DNA from: Podarcis pityusensis
Taxonomy: Eukaryota
Strand: one strand, 5' to 3'
Length of the DNA: 64,000 nucleotides
Assembly: GCA_964106645.2 (NCBI GenBank)
Contig: OZ067038.1
Both the position numbers and the translations under genes were made by a program. The notes under the pieces are model-generated. The model was not told the DNA's origin. It worked only from the letters and a program-made list of their open reading frames with translations, and did not search any database. Shown here one piece after another: positions 26,412 through 39,748 of this stretch (the first letter of the stretch is position 1; every line of letters starts with the position of its first letter).

Positions 26412-27301
26412 GAAGAGATGATTTTGGCTGATATTTCAGTTGTCTGCTCAGCTGGTGAGGATTCTGTTTCACGAGACTCAGATCTCCTCTTGTCTTCTGC
26501 CAAAGAGGATAGCTTTCAGGCCGAGCTGCTGGCAGAAGAAGTGCCCTCTGGAGATGAATATGAGTGTATATCTCCTGATGATATCTCTCTGCCACCGCTT
26601 TCTGAGACACCAGAGTCCAACCTTCTGCATTCTGAAACAGAGCTCGAAGAGCCACCTTGCTGTAGCTCACGTAGCCTGCATGTCAGCTCCTATAGCGTGC
26701 AAATGCAGATAAATGCTGGCGGCAAAAGAATGATGGATGAATGCGATCCTTTAACCTCCGTTGCTTACGCTGACACGCCTGGTCACAGAAAGGAACACAT
26801 GTCAGATCAGCCAGGGAGATTTTCTTCCTCTACCCTAAGCTGCCACTCAAAACACAAAGCAGAGTCCCCTTTTGCTCACAGTCCACCAGAAATGCCTGAG
26901 GCCAGCCCCTTCACATGCATGCTCAAGGCAGAGCCTGCCTATTGCATGACGAGTGAAGTGTGCGAGACCCGTTTGCAACGCCACGAGGTCCACAGAAGCA
27001 TGACAGAAGCACAGGGACAATTGCATGACGGAAATAACTTCACTAAAAGCCAAGATAGGCTGCATGCTTCACCCAACGCATTCTCAGATCTCCTGTTTCA
27101 ATCAGACACCACCAGAAGCTGCCAGAGGCAGATGGTCACCCGAGAAGAGATTAAAAGTATATCTGAAAAGAACAGCATGGTCAGCCTTTGTGGACAGGCG
27201 CCTAACTTCTCCAAGCTTCTGTCTAATGTAACTGTCATGGAAGGTTCTCCGGTGACTTTGGAAGTAGAAGTAACAGGATTCCCAGAGCCAACGCTGACCT
27301 G
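26412..27301 (+). CDS. CCDC141: CCDC141 large penultimate exon (disordered region with EYECISPDDISLPPLSETPESN, then the first half of the Ig I-set domain)
   Basis: Long pyrimidine tract plus TTAG|GAA acceptor; ORF 26418-27329; ends APNFSKLLSNVTVMEGSPVTLEVEVTGFPEPTLTW at TG|GTGGGT (phase 2). Confidence 0.95.
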
Positions 27302-29086
27302 GTGGGTAGCTTACAATGAGAAAACCTAAATATAAATAGAGAAATCCCCACGGAGTCACATATAACCGAGCGCCAATTAGAAAACCAGAGCTACTTGTTT
27401 GGATTGCGCCACATGATTCCATTTCCAGCCAAAGCCCAATTCAAAAGTCATAATATGCATGCAATGTTAGGCCTTGATGCCACCATAACTCTCAAATGTC
27501 AAAGTGATTAAAGCATGCCCCACCCGAAATATTTAAAAAAAATTAAGATAAATGATAAACATCTCAATTTCCCAACAAAACATTCCAGTTGCTAAAAGTG
27601 TATTGAAATTCCTTTTCAAAGAGCTTATGAGTATGAGTGAATTGCTCTACATTGACAGACCAATGTCCATATTACCCAGAAAGCAGAGGAAAAATGGGGG
27701 TATTATTTACCTTGTCCTGGGTTCGCTGCACCACATTACTATTTATGCATGCCCAAGAAGACTTTGACACCACAACCTGCTACAAAACACTGGGCACTGC
27801 CACTTTGCCAGATGAGAAACTGGGGCTGATAGTCTCCCTGTCAAAGAACCCCAACACAGTATGCAGTGATCAATCTTGAGGATTTTTGCTTTTTAAAAAA
27901 AAATCTCCCGTTTTCAACAACAAGTACTCCAGACACCCTGAGTTTCAAGTTCAAGTTGCTACATTCCTAAAAGAAAGTAAGAGGGACAGCCCCAAAGCCC
28001 AGTGAAAGTTCAGAGGTGGTCACTCAATCTTCTGGACTGAGGCCACTGTCTTGCTCAAGATATTCCAATGCAGCCATGCCAAAGCTATGAGTCAAGCAAC
28101 TCCAAGGTCCTTTGGCTGTATCCAGCCAACAACGCGTTTGTCCCAGACATCACAATCCATGACCACACTGCAGCTCTGTGGCAATTCTTCCACAGGCCAA
28201 CTTAGAAAGAAAATGCGTTTCCAGCAGGAGGGCCTTGGAAAACGGGATATGGGCCAACAGCTTTTATTTTGCTGATTCTTGCTCTGGAATGATACAGAGC
28301 TGATGACAAGTTTTGGGGGGACAAATCCAGTATAAAAGGTAATAAAAGACTCATGGTAATGAAATCAGAGAGGGAAGAGAATGTGCAGAAGAGGAATTTC
28401 TACTTGTTTTCATCTTTAAATGGAGCTTCTTGGGTTCATAGTAAGATAGGACGAGCTGAATCTTAGTAAGACATTTCCCCACATATATTTTGCTGCAAAT
28501 CCACATTTAGTTAGCTAAGTAAAATGTAGATTGATTCTAAGATCATCTCCATTGTCACTTATTTCCTTTCCTCTATCCTTTATTCCTTGCCTCTTTTATG
28601 GCAGTGTATGCTCTTGCAGCTACTTTAGTCTACCTGCACTCCACATAGAAAGAAAGCAGAATTGTAGAGAGGCAACATTTTTATGTGTGTGCATATAACA
28701 TCTTTGAAACCAGAAACTAACCCATGTTGAAGAGAATTATTATCAGAATGCAGTTGAGAAGCAAATGGAACAGCTAAAACCTATCCCTGTGTTGTCACTA
28801 ACCAATTCTTAAATTATTTTTGCTTTTAAAATACCCTAATCTTCTTTCCTTTGGGAAACCTTCTGCCAGCTTTCAGCAGACCTTAATACTTACACCATTT
28901 TATTTAATACAAAAATGTTACTGCAGCTTGTTCAGCTTTTGAACAAAATAATTTTTTACAACAGAAAGATGATTAAAAATAAGTCCAGGAGGGAATTTTC
29001 ACGATGGGAACTAAGCACGGATGTTATGATGCTCTAATATTGATGGCAACAAAATATGCTTTTTGCCAAAAAAGAAGAAAGGAATA

Positions 29087-29301
29087 CAGTGATAGCTCAG
29101 GTTACAGATGCTTCAGGTTACAGACTCCGCCAACCCAGAAATAGTACCTCAGGTTAAGAACTTTGCTTCAGGATGAGAACAGAAATTACATGGCGGCAGT
29201 GGGAGGCCCCATTAGCTAAAGTGGTACCTCAGGTTAAGAACAGTTTCAGGTTAAGAACGGACCTCCAGAACGAATTAAGTTCTTAACCTGAGGTACCACT
29301 G
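29087..29301. mobile_element. Tc1/mariner-type MITE (same family as 8371-8596)
   Basis: TA|CAGTGATAGCTCAGGTTA...TAACCTGAGGTACCACTG|TA. Confidence 0.85.
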
Positions 29302-29311
29302 TACTATATAT

Positions 29312-29446
29312 CAGGCATAGGTAGACTCGGCCCTCCAGATGTTTTGGGACTACGACTTCCATCATCCTTGACCACTGGCCTGTTAGCTAGGGATGATGGG
29401 AGTTGTAGTCCCAAAACATCTGGAGGGCTGAGTTTGCCTATGCCTG
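29312..29446. mobile_element. Palindromic hAT-type MITE with a perfect 8-bp TSD
   Basis: CTATATAT at 29304-29311 and 29447-29454; TIR CAGGCATAGG...CCTATGCCTG. Confidence 0.88.
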
Positions 29447-30422
29447 CTATATATACACAACATTAATCGACCTAAGGTAATATGTAAACAAAAGAGCAGA
29501 TGTTGGAAGGCAATGGGGGCAGAAGTAATTAGCTGATCTGCAGTGCCATTTATTCATTTCCTATTGAGTGGTTCCCAAAAATGTGTGGTGGAAAAGATGG
29601 GGCAGTCGGTGCCCCCCTCCACCAAGTCAACTTTAAATGATAGGCTGCTCTTGGTAAATAAGATGTCAGCCCGGGGGATAGGAAATTCATAGATTTTGCT
29701 GGGACTACATAAATTGCCTCCTACAATTCTTGGCATAGCTACTTCTTAACGTATCAATGTCCACCCATTCTTGGGTGTTTTTGCAGTGACAGTTCTCCCT
29801 CTCATAGCCTATTTCCCCACTCAAAGTCACAGGATGGTATTAGCCGTGGAATGAGGCACATACCTAGCCATGACACGGGGACAGTAACAGTTTTCTAGTA
29901 ACACAAAATAGACACAGAACATTGCCAAACTTTATTTTGGGGCATGTTCCCCAATGAAAAGCAAAACAAAATAATAATAATCCCCTGTTCTGATGTTTCT
30001 CTCACTTACAGAATAACCCCAGTCAATTCAGCAGGACAGTTTCCTTTGGGTCAAATAAATGCTCCCAAATATAAATGAAACAGGGGCTCTTGCCTTGCCT
30101 TTATGGAGCCAAACAAAATGTCACAAGAAGCTCCCCTTTAAGAACACATACTTCAAGATCCCAGGCTTTATTTAACCTCTTTCCTGCTAATTACACCTTT
30201 CCCCCCCTTTTTTTAACCACAAGAACTTGCCCTAAATAGTTGCAAACCCAATCTTCTCTTTTTAATAAAAGACACCAGAAGGCAGGGAACTAATGTTAGC
30301 GATTTGCCCCTTACCGCCAACTTCCTGTCATAGGTCTGTAAGAGCTTGTTTGAGGCGACAGATTGTTTTGCTTTGACAAACATTCATGTTAACCTGACTT
30401 GAAAACTGACTCTCTGCTTCAG

Positions 30423-30684
30423 GTACAAGAAGGGCCAGAAAGTGACTGGAGATGAGCACTTAAAAATCTCACACAAGGACACAAAGTATGCTTTGTTCAT
30501 TGAGAAGGTGTGTGACACAGACGCTGGCCTCTATGTGGTCCGGGCTAAAAATTCTAGTGGCACGGTTTCCTCAAGTGCCATTCTCCATGTGCAAGGTAAC
30601 AAGCCACCTATAAAAAGAATAGACTGGATAATCATCTGTGCCCTCTACTTGGTTGTTTCACTTGCGTACTGGCTGTTCACTTAG
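30423..30684 (+). CDS. CCDC141: CCDC141 terminal coding exon: second half of the Ig domain plus C-terminal hydrophobic tail
   Basis: TTCAG|G acceptor completes the Trp codon; reads YKKGQK...[14 protein letters not shown]...[34 protein letters not shown]. Confidence 0.93.
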
Positions 30685-30946
30685 CACAGCAGCACACCAG
30701 CACCACGGGACTTTAACTTTCACACTTGGAGACGACAGCAAATGGCCGCCTTTCGCTGCACCTCACATCACTTTCACCCCCTTTGGTTATGAGTCACTCT
30801 GAATATAGTTCTTCTGATATTAATATCACAGCTACACTGGTTGTCGTTATTCATTCATTACTATATCAATGTTACTTGGGGGTGGGAAAGAGATTTGTAA
30901 AGACACCTAGTAGGTTTTTGTGTGTGCTTTAGAACTAAACACAAGC

Positions 30947-30952
30947 AATAAA
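30947..30952 (+). terminator. Candidate CCDC141 polyadenylation signal
   Basis: First AATAAA after the stop at 30684. Confidence 0.5.
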
Positions 30953-33900
30953 AAAGAAATGTATTATTTATGGGTTACGATTGGATTGCTGGCATCCACT
31001 TCAATTTATCTCCTTTTTTTTAAAAAAAAAAATAATCATACTGTGAATGCTTTAATGAAAATGCACCAAGGTTTCATGCACTTAGAATATTTGTAGCATA
31101 ATTCAAAGGGCTTTACTCCCATTGTCTCAATCTGTGCAACAGCTCTGCAAGGTAGGATGGTATTGTTGTATTGTTATCCCCATGTTGCAAGCGGTGCTGG
31201 GTGAGCCTGGAAGAATAGTGGTTTGCTTAAGGCCCACGTAGAAGCTTTTGAAAAGGGGATTTTCCGACTTGCAGCTCAGACACTTAAGACAATGCACAAT
31301 GCTAGGTTTTGCCAATTTCAGATTGCGTGTCAACTTGTCAAAGCGAGAAGATATGAAAATAGTTGATGCATTTATCATTTTAATTCACTCTTGAATGTTT
31401 TCAAATAGAACAAGAAATTCAGAACGATGTTTAAAAGGAGGAGAAATGTTTGTGGGTGACGTGTAGTTTAAAACATGATAAAATATAAAGCAAATAAAAT
31501 GTTAATGAGTACGCCCTTGCTAAAGTAATAAGGAAGGAGTAATACTTTTTAAAGCAAGCTAAGAGTCTTAGAAGGAATTTGCTTGGGAATTGCATTTCTT
31601 TTATTTTTAAATGTGGGAGCCAGAGCAACATTGTATTATTAGAATTTCTTGCCTTGAAGGATGTAATATCTTTGATTCATAGAATAATATATTGCCAGTT
31701 TTGACAAAGGTAAGGGGGGAAAAGATGCTATTTAAAGGGAGAGTTCACCTGTACATTTTCACCAAATTCAAATGACAAGTTGATCATCGTTAATTCCTTC
31801 CGTTTCCTAGGAAGAGGAGACATACATATATGGTATCTATGTGGTTTAAAAAATGGTTGATAAATATTAGTGTAACTTTTTTTCTTGGAGAATAACTTTC
31901 TTCTTTCTTATAATGACTGCTTTGAGGGAAATTAATTTTTTTTAAAGAAATCCAATCTCTTAAAAGAAAATTACAATATGAAAATAAATCTTCAAGTGCA
32001 CAGTGTGCTGTGGAAAGAATATCTGTTACAAATGGCAGGGAGGGAGGGGGTATGAAGATGGAGGGAAGAGGAGTTTTAGCCAACTGGCTGCAGATTTATT
32101 AGAGACATGTAAAACTGAAAGGAGATCAGTCTTCTAGGCAGCCCTGTCCTTGAGGCAAAGAAAGCAGGGGAGGGAGGCCAGTTGATCCAAGACAACAACT
32201 TATCATCGTTCTATGAAAAGAATATATTGGGCAGATGATGTGCTACACTTGTGGGCACAGGCGCAGTAAGGCTGCCTCCAAGAAGCCAAGGCAGCAGGGA
32301 TGCATAAGCAGAATTACCACAGTACAACGTTCTTGGATTAAAACACGCCACAACTTTTATTGATTACAGATGTAAGTAGGTTTTGGCTTAGGCCCTGGGT
32401 ATCCTGAATCATCCAGTCTCCTGATTGGGGGTTGGTTCCTGAGATAGGGTTGCCCTAAAGCATGCATCAAATAGAAGCAACTCCTCGCGACCACCAATTT
32501 GTTGAATGTTGTGGCCCTCAGCCCCTGTCTGGGTCTACAAACAGAAGCACCTCCCCCAGGATTCCTTTAATGGGATACCCCATTTCCTTGGAGAGGGAAG
32601 GCAGAGACTTTTATAACCCTCTCCTCCGCTGTTGACTCAGGATCCTATCCAATGCCTTAGTCAACAAAAGTTGTGATGATTGCTATGAGGTAGGCAGGCC
32701 CAATCTGTTTGGAGGAGAAATTCCTCCCTGGCCCTGAATTCAGCGGTTGAAACATCCGTAGCAAGGTCATACAGCAAACCATGCTAACAAGGGTGGGAGA
32801 TAAAACTCTTGACTGGCAACAGAATTTGGAGGCGGACCTGAATATATCTTGGGGGAAGGGACCTGATTGAAGACTCCTGATGGAGTCCCAGTCAGTTCCA
32901 CCCTCTGAAGCTCTGTCTCCGGACTCACCCACAATTGGTTGATTGGTGGGTGGGGAAATTCAAATTTCCAACGGCCAGGAGGAGGCCATAACTGCCACTT
33001 CACATTTCAAGGTCAATGGATCTTCCTTTACATCCACCCTTATACATGAATCACACTGCAACAAAATTCTCCTTGTAGCTCCTTTCGGAATACTGCACAG
33101 GTGGTAACAAAGTAGGGGAAAAGTTGTGTTCCAAAAATCGCTGGCAATAGTTTCACATGCTGTCTCAGATAACACAGCTGTTTCACACATGCGTTGACGA
33201 TAGCTGCATCAGCAGTCGAAGACGAGCGCATGTGAGTGAACCATCACAGTTCTAACACAACACATGTATTTCATATCATGCCTCTCCTGAAATGCAATCC
33301 TTTTCAGTGGAGTCAGTTCACACATCTGGTGCAAGCAATGTGCATTCATATGTGAACTGGCTCTAAGTGCAAAGAGCAAAAAGTTCTCACTCCTTCAGTT
33401 ATTTCTTGGCTATGTGAAGAGAGAGGAGGTGGTGTTTCATAGAAGCGGGATTGGAGTTTACTTGTGGCAATGTTACTCTCCCTTCCTTTGTCTAGCAGTC
33501 AGATCTGCCCCTACATAAAATGTGCTTCCATCCATCTTTCTGCCAATGCTGTTGCAGGCCTGCATATGGCTATGCAGATCTATTATTAGATGCTTCATTG
33601 ATTGGAGACTCCTTTCCTGGTACATAACAGAAACTCTTTCCCCTACAAAGTAATGGGGATGAACATCCTTCTGTGGGGAGCTCCTTTTCCTTAAGGCTAT
33701 TTGCATAGTGTGTCTAAATTATTTTGAGAAAGTTTGTGAAGTTAAAGAGTCAATATTTGTACTCAAGCTTTTATAAACAGAGTGTTGGAGTTGGAGTCCA
33801 CCCGTTTCTCTCTCCTTTCCACCAGCAAGAGTTCAGAGGTCTTTCGCAGCTGCCAGACAGGTGCTGCTTTCGCTTTGTACGTTCATGGCTTGGCTAGGAA

Positions 33901-34960
33901 AGCGACACCTGTTTAACTTTTGCCTGTCGCACAGCAGTTACATGGCACAAAATGTCTTAAAGTTAAATGCTGTCTGGAAGGGTAGTGTGACAACTCAACT
34001 CTGCTTTCATTCATAATTGTGACTTAAGCTCTTTCTAAAATGCATGAACAAATGGCCACAAACAAATTGCGAAAGAAACCAGCCCCAAACCATAACACTG
34101 GATCTCTATGCTGGGAAAAGCTTTACCGGTTGAAATTATTGGCAACCCAAGGGAACGTCCAGTAAAATAAAAAATAAAATATGTACTATTCCGTTTAGAT
34201 CTCATCTTTCCTCCAAGGAGCTCAAGCTGGCAAACATGGTTGTCTCCCTCCCAGTTTTATCCTCACAACATCCTGCGAGGTAGGTTAGGTTGAGAGACTG
34301 TGGTTGGCCCAATGTCATCCAGTGAGCTTCAGTTATAAGCAGGGATTTGAACCTGGTCTCTCGGATCCAAGCCCAACATTCTGACTACACCACACAACCA
34401 TAGGAGCCAACTCCAAGAGGCTGAGGGGTCCTAGCCCCCCATAAAATATTTAAGGGGGCCAGTGGGGGCAAAGTTGATGGGCATTGCCAGTCAAATGGTG
34501 TGCAGGCACCGTGTCATGTGATTGATCATGTATGGTGGAGCTGACCTGCCCCCCCCCCCCATATTTTATTCACATTGGCACCCCTGACACCACCTCCCTT
34601 CAAGCCTAGTGAACAGGGCCTAAACAACCGGCCCTAACAGCACAAAAAGGACTCCTATTAATCTGAGCAGGTTAAATAGGACTAATGAGATTTTGACAGT
34701 ATGACACTTAAATACCCACGGCATTGAAAATGCAAAATATTCCATTTGGAAACCCCAAACCACACCCACCTGACCCACCCCTAATATAATGACAGGTAGG
34801 CTAAGACATGGCCTTTACTCTGAAGTGTGTTTCCAAGTGGTTTCAATTGAAGTCATTCAGAAACACGCTTCAGAGGCCTGGTGACTGAGGAGTGAGTGCA
34901 CCTGTTTTGCTCAAGAGGCCTGGGAGTCTTAGAAATAAGAACCCGGACTGAGGCTGTGCT

Positions 34961-35526
34961 TGTTAGACACAGAGGTTAATTTTAGAGTCCTTGTTTGTGC
35001 CCACAGTTACTACAGACTGGTTTTCTCCCTTCCAGGATACTGTTGCATGCCACCCCAAGCGGTGAGAGATTCCAGGGGTTCCAGGCTCTGTGCTTCCTTT
35101 CGGAAATGAGGCACAGCAGAGACTGTGGAGACTTTAGGATACATGGTTTAATTACACATATATGCAACCCGAGACTACAGTGGAGGGGTTCACAGGATTA
35201 ACACAGCAAGAGGGTCTTGCTTCTCCCATAGTCACAGCTTTGGATTCTAAACAATCACCAGATATTCTGCTCTGACCCTCTCTCTAGCTTTGCGACTTTA
35301 ACAGCCTGCCACCTTTCCCCCTTAGATCATGTCACAGCTAATTCAACTCTTAAAAGGAGAGTTTAAAGTAAAGAGCTGAGGGAGACCCCTCCCATTTGCC
35401 ATCGGGCACCAAGCTCCCTCTATTTGGCTGTCCTAATGGCTCATCACTTGTATTTTGTCCTCCTAATGGCCTATTACCCCAGGCTATTTTTTGGTCAGAA
35501 AACTGCCCTGGGCTTATATTTTAACA
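34961..35526. mobile_element. Possible solo LTR
   Basis: TGTTAG...TTAACA inverted termini around about 570 bp; flanks only partly similar (TGTGCT/TATGCC). Confidence 0.3.
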
Positions 35527-37516
35527 TATGCCCTGATTAAATTCGAACCCTTACTGTACCCAGGAAATTAGGGGAGTCTGGTACCCAAAAACTCATAACA
35601 ATACTCTGTAGGCCCTGAGGTGGACTAGTCAAGGCTTACTTAGCCCAGAACATTCTGGAATCCTGGTCTAGATCAAGGAATGGATCTGCCATAGACAGTA
35701 CTCAGCTGTCAAGCTTGGCCTGCAGAGTTCGTGGAGACAAGGACTTATCCCTTCAGGCTGAAAAGTTCCCCCACCCTTGGTCTAAGACATTAACCCAACT
35801 GGGGCTGCCTACATGCTTTCTCTCAAAGAATTCTGGGCACTGTAGCTTACTCCTCACAAAGTTACAATTCCCAGCAACCCTTAAGGAACTACAGGGCCCA
35901 GAAGTCTTTGAGGGAGGGAAATATGCTTTGAATGTGCTTCAGAGGTATGGTGGGTGCGCATTCTAGGTTTCTGCTGTGGGAAAATGCTTTGGGCAACAGT
36001 GGTGTTTTGTGGGGTACAAGACCCCCAAGCTTAATCCCTTGCATTTCCAGGTTGGACTGGGAAAGATCCTCACCTGAAACTCTGGAGAGCCATTGCTAGT
36101 CAAAGTAAACAATCCAGATCCTCCAAGTGTCCCTATTTTCCAGGGACAGCCCTGGATTCACAGAAGCCATTCCAGTTTCAGATTTGATCCCAGAATCTCC
36201 CATTTTTTCCTTAGGACGTCCCTGTTTTCATCAGAAAAATGTTGGAAGGTATGGAATAGGATGTCCCAATTTTCATTAGATAAATGTGAGAGGTTATGCA
36301 GTAGTGAGAGATAGGTGGACCTGGTGGTTTGGCATGAGACAAATTCTTGTTTTTCCTATGAAATCCTCCAGGGATGCTTCACTTTACCGGGCTTCTTTAA
36401 AATCCCTCCTCAGCTCAGAAAGAAGATGGTGCCTATTCCTTCCCTGCAGGACAGAATTAGCCGTCAGGATTTCCTGGTATGAAGCAATATAAATAACCAG
36501 GAACCTGGCCAGGAGTATAAGAAGCAGAGCTGTGATAGGTGCAAAGGCGAGTCGGTATATGTTTCCTGGTATCCCAGGAAATGTTCCAATTCAATAAAAT
36601 AAAGGGCACATTTTGATGATGTAGAGGCACGGCCTAACAGATACTCTGAAGATAAAGGAGTTGTGGTGGAAAATAAAAGCAATTAACAAGCAGGCAGGAT
36701 ACAACATATTCTCTTTTTTTCATGCTCATGGGCATCTCTTCCTAATGAACCCATGGACTATGACAGTCATGTACAGGCTTGCCAATCAAATGTGGTAAAA
36801 CTGTGTTCTATCAGGCTTGTTTATTTCTTTTAGATCTTTTTACCTCACTCAGCAGGAATCCCAGAGCAGGCGACATTAAAACCCTTATACTGTAATCAAC
36901 AAAAACTAAAACAAGCAACAAAGCAATAAAGCCAAGCAAATAATCACAAAAATTAATAGCAGTACAAACAAAACCTTCACGAGGTTTTCTGTCATAAAAT
37001 ATCTATAGTGTTTGGATGCCCTGGATAAATAGAATTTTCATCTGGCATGGAATAGCAAACAAGGATGGTGCCAGGCAAACGTTTTTGGGGAAGGAGCTCC
37101 ATAAAAAGAGTTCTGTACAACTGAAAGGGGTTTATTGGTAGCTGAGAAAGTCAGTGAACTCTAATTTGCTTGAGTTCTCTCCCGGCACATAATAATCTGC
37201 CTTGGCTCTTTCTGTCACATCTCTACAGAAGGTGTGGTGAACCTGTGGCCCTCCAAACGTTACTGAACTCCAACTCCCATAAGTCCCTTCTAGCACGGTC
37301 AATGGTTGGGGATGAGGGGAAATGTAGTCCAGCGAAATTTGGACAATAGCCACAGGCTCACCATCCTTGCCCTACAATCCACCCAGTTCTTCCTAGGGAT
37401 CACCTGCCTGATTTCTGTCTCTGCAGCCAGCAATTTTAAAAAAGTTTTTATTTTTTGTGATACAAAAACAAACAAGGAAAAATACCTATAGCGTCTCCAC
37501 TTTCAATTCATATGGC

Positions 37517-38325
37517 CAGGGCCGGATTTAGGTTTGATGAGGCCCAAAGCTACTGAAGGTAATGGGGCCCTTTATACAGTGGTACCTCACAAGACAAATG
37601 CCTCGCAAGACAGAAAACTCGCAAAACGAAAGGGTTTTTGGTTTTTTGAGTTGCTTTGCAAGACGATTTTCCCTATGGGCTTGCTTCGCAAGACGGAAAC
37701 GTCTTGCAAGTTTGTTTCCTTTTTCTTAACACCGTTAATACAGTTGCGACTTGACTTCGAGAAGCAACTCATAGAACGCAGTGTGGTAGCCTTTTTTGAG
37801 GTTTTTGAAGACTTTGGTGATTTTTGAAGCTTTTCCAAAACTTTTCCGACACCGTGCTTCGCAAGACGAAAGAAACCGCAAGACGAAAAAACTCGCGGAA
37901 CGAATTAATTTCATCTTGCGAGGCACCACTGTATGTCCAGCTGTCCTTTGTCAACAACAAATTGTTGCAGTTTTTGTGTGTTGAATATATGCTATATTGT
38001 AATTTATGGACCTAATAGTTATCTAAAGTCATTTGCACATGTTGCCATGCAACCAGTCCATGCAGAATGTAGGCACCCTGTATATAGAAATGAGCAAACC
38101 AGTGATATTTTAGGGAGCAGGCTAGCAGGCGGGGCCCATTACTTACATCATAGGAGTCTACACAACACAAAACACTGTTGCTGCATGTAGGTTTTATTTG
38201 TTTTTTATCTTCTATTTTGGAAATGTGCATCCATTTTTTTTCTTTAATTTTTTTTTTTGGGGGGGGGCCAAAACAGTGGGGCACTAAGCTATAGCTTGTT
38301 TAGCTTATACGTAAATCTGGCGCTG
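37517..38325. mobile_element. hAT-type non-autonomous element with a nested Tc1/mariner MITE (37577-37931)
   Basis: Outer TIR CAGGGCCGGATTTA / TAAATCTGGCGCTG with flanks CATATGGC/CATGTAGC. Inner element TA|CAGTGGTACCTC...GAGGCACCACTG|TA with repeated GCAAGACG. Confidence 0.75.
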
Positions 38326-39059
38326 CATGTAGCTAATCTGACACAACACACACACACACCACAACCCCATGCACACGTACAAACAAACCATACTGCAACC
38401 AACCAAGCTATGGACTCTCCACTCTCTCACAATGCCAATAAAAACAAATAACTATATAAATAAAGGGCCTACCCACGAGACACTGACGCAAAAACCCTGT
38501 ACAAACACTATGCAATAGAATAAGAGTGGCCAGCAATTTTTAAAGCGAAAGCCAAGAGCTGTGTTCTTGCAGCCTGGGCAGAGATGTCACTGTAATACAT
38601 GTTTGAAATATACTTATTATAAGGCTTGATTCAGGGCAATGAGGCTGGTAAGTTTTTAAAAAGTCCCTGTAATTCCCTGCTCAACCAGGGAGTGCAGTTA
38701 TATAGCTATTCAGTTACATAGTTACACACTACCAAGCAAAAATAATATCCCAGCCGAGCCTCTGTAACCAGCAAAATCTATTTTATTAAAATGGATGTGT
38801 TACCAAGCTTCGGGGAGGGGAGTAGAAAAACCATAGCTTCTGTGTTTTTCTGAAATAATATTCCAAATTATGAAGCTGTCTCGACTTCCTAACATGGCTC
38901 TAAACATGTTGCACTGTTTATTAGCCAGGAGAACCTTTTGTGTGCTACTGCTTCGTCCAGGGTAAATGATATTTTTAAATTTTACACCTTAAACAGGCTA
39001 TCTAGATGAAAATACGGTCCAGTAAATCTTTGGAAACTTGAAGTTAGGTGGTATTAGAG

Positions 39060-39748
39060 AAGCCAGATTCAGATGCTATTCTAGGCTGCATAAACAGAAG
39101 TATAGTGTCTTGATCAAGGGAAATCACAGTACCACTATTTTTTGCCTTGGTCAGACTACACCGGAGTGGATTGACACACCGGGGGTGGGGATGCTATAAA
39201 TAAGTCAGAAATTAAATTGTTATAACAACAACAACAAAACCGCTATGGAAAATCACATATCATTTTTTAATACTCCCCAGCGCCATCCGGTGTTGTATGT
39301 TTATAACACATTCAAAACACTATTTTTTTTTACTAATGTAGCTGAGTCTCTGGAAACATATGAGGAATAGTTGAGGGAATTGGGTGTGTTTAGCCTGGAA
39401 AAGAGGAGACTGAGAGGCGATATTATAGACATCTTCAAATATATAAAGAATTGTCACATGGAGGATGGAGCAAGCTTGTTTTCTCTTGCCCCGGAGGGTA
39501 GGACTCGAACCAGTGGCTTCAAGCTACAATAAACGAGATTCCAACTTAACATGAGGAAGAGCTTTCTGAAGGTAAGAGCTGTTCAACTCCCTTGGAAAGT
39601 GGTGGACTCTCCTTTCTTGGTTTCTAAGTAAAGATTGAATGGCCATCTGCCGTGGATGTTTTAGTTGAGATTCCTGCCTTGCAGGGTGCTAGATTAGAAT
39701 GATGACCATCGGGGTCCCTTTCCAACTCTACATCTCTATGATTTTATG
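39060..39748 (+). mobile_element. Degenerate CR1 LINE 3' fragment, interrupted at about 39165-39340
   Basis: Similar to the CR1 at 61318 ([20 protein letters not shown]); ends in a CTATGATTTTATGA tail. Short CR1 tails also occur at about 3425-3475 (-), 50283-50363 and 53100-53227. Confidence 0.8.
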
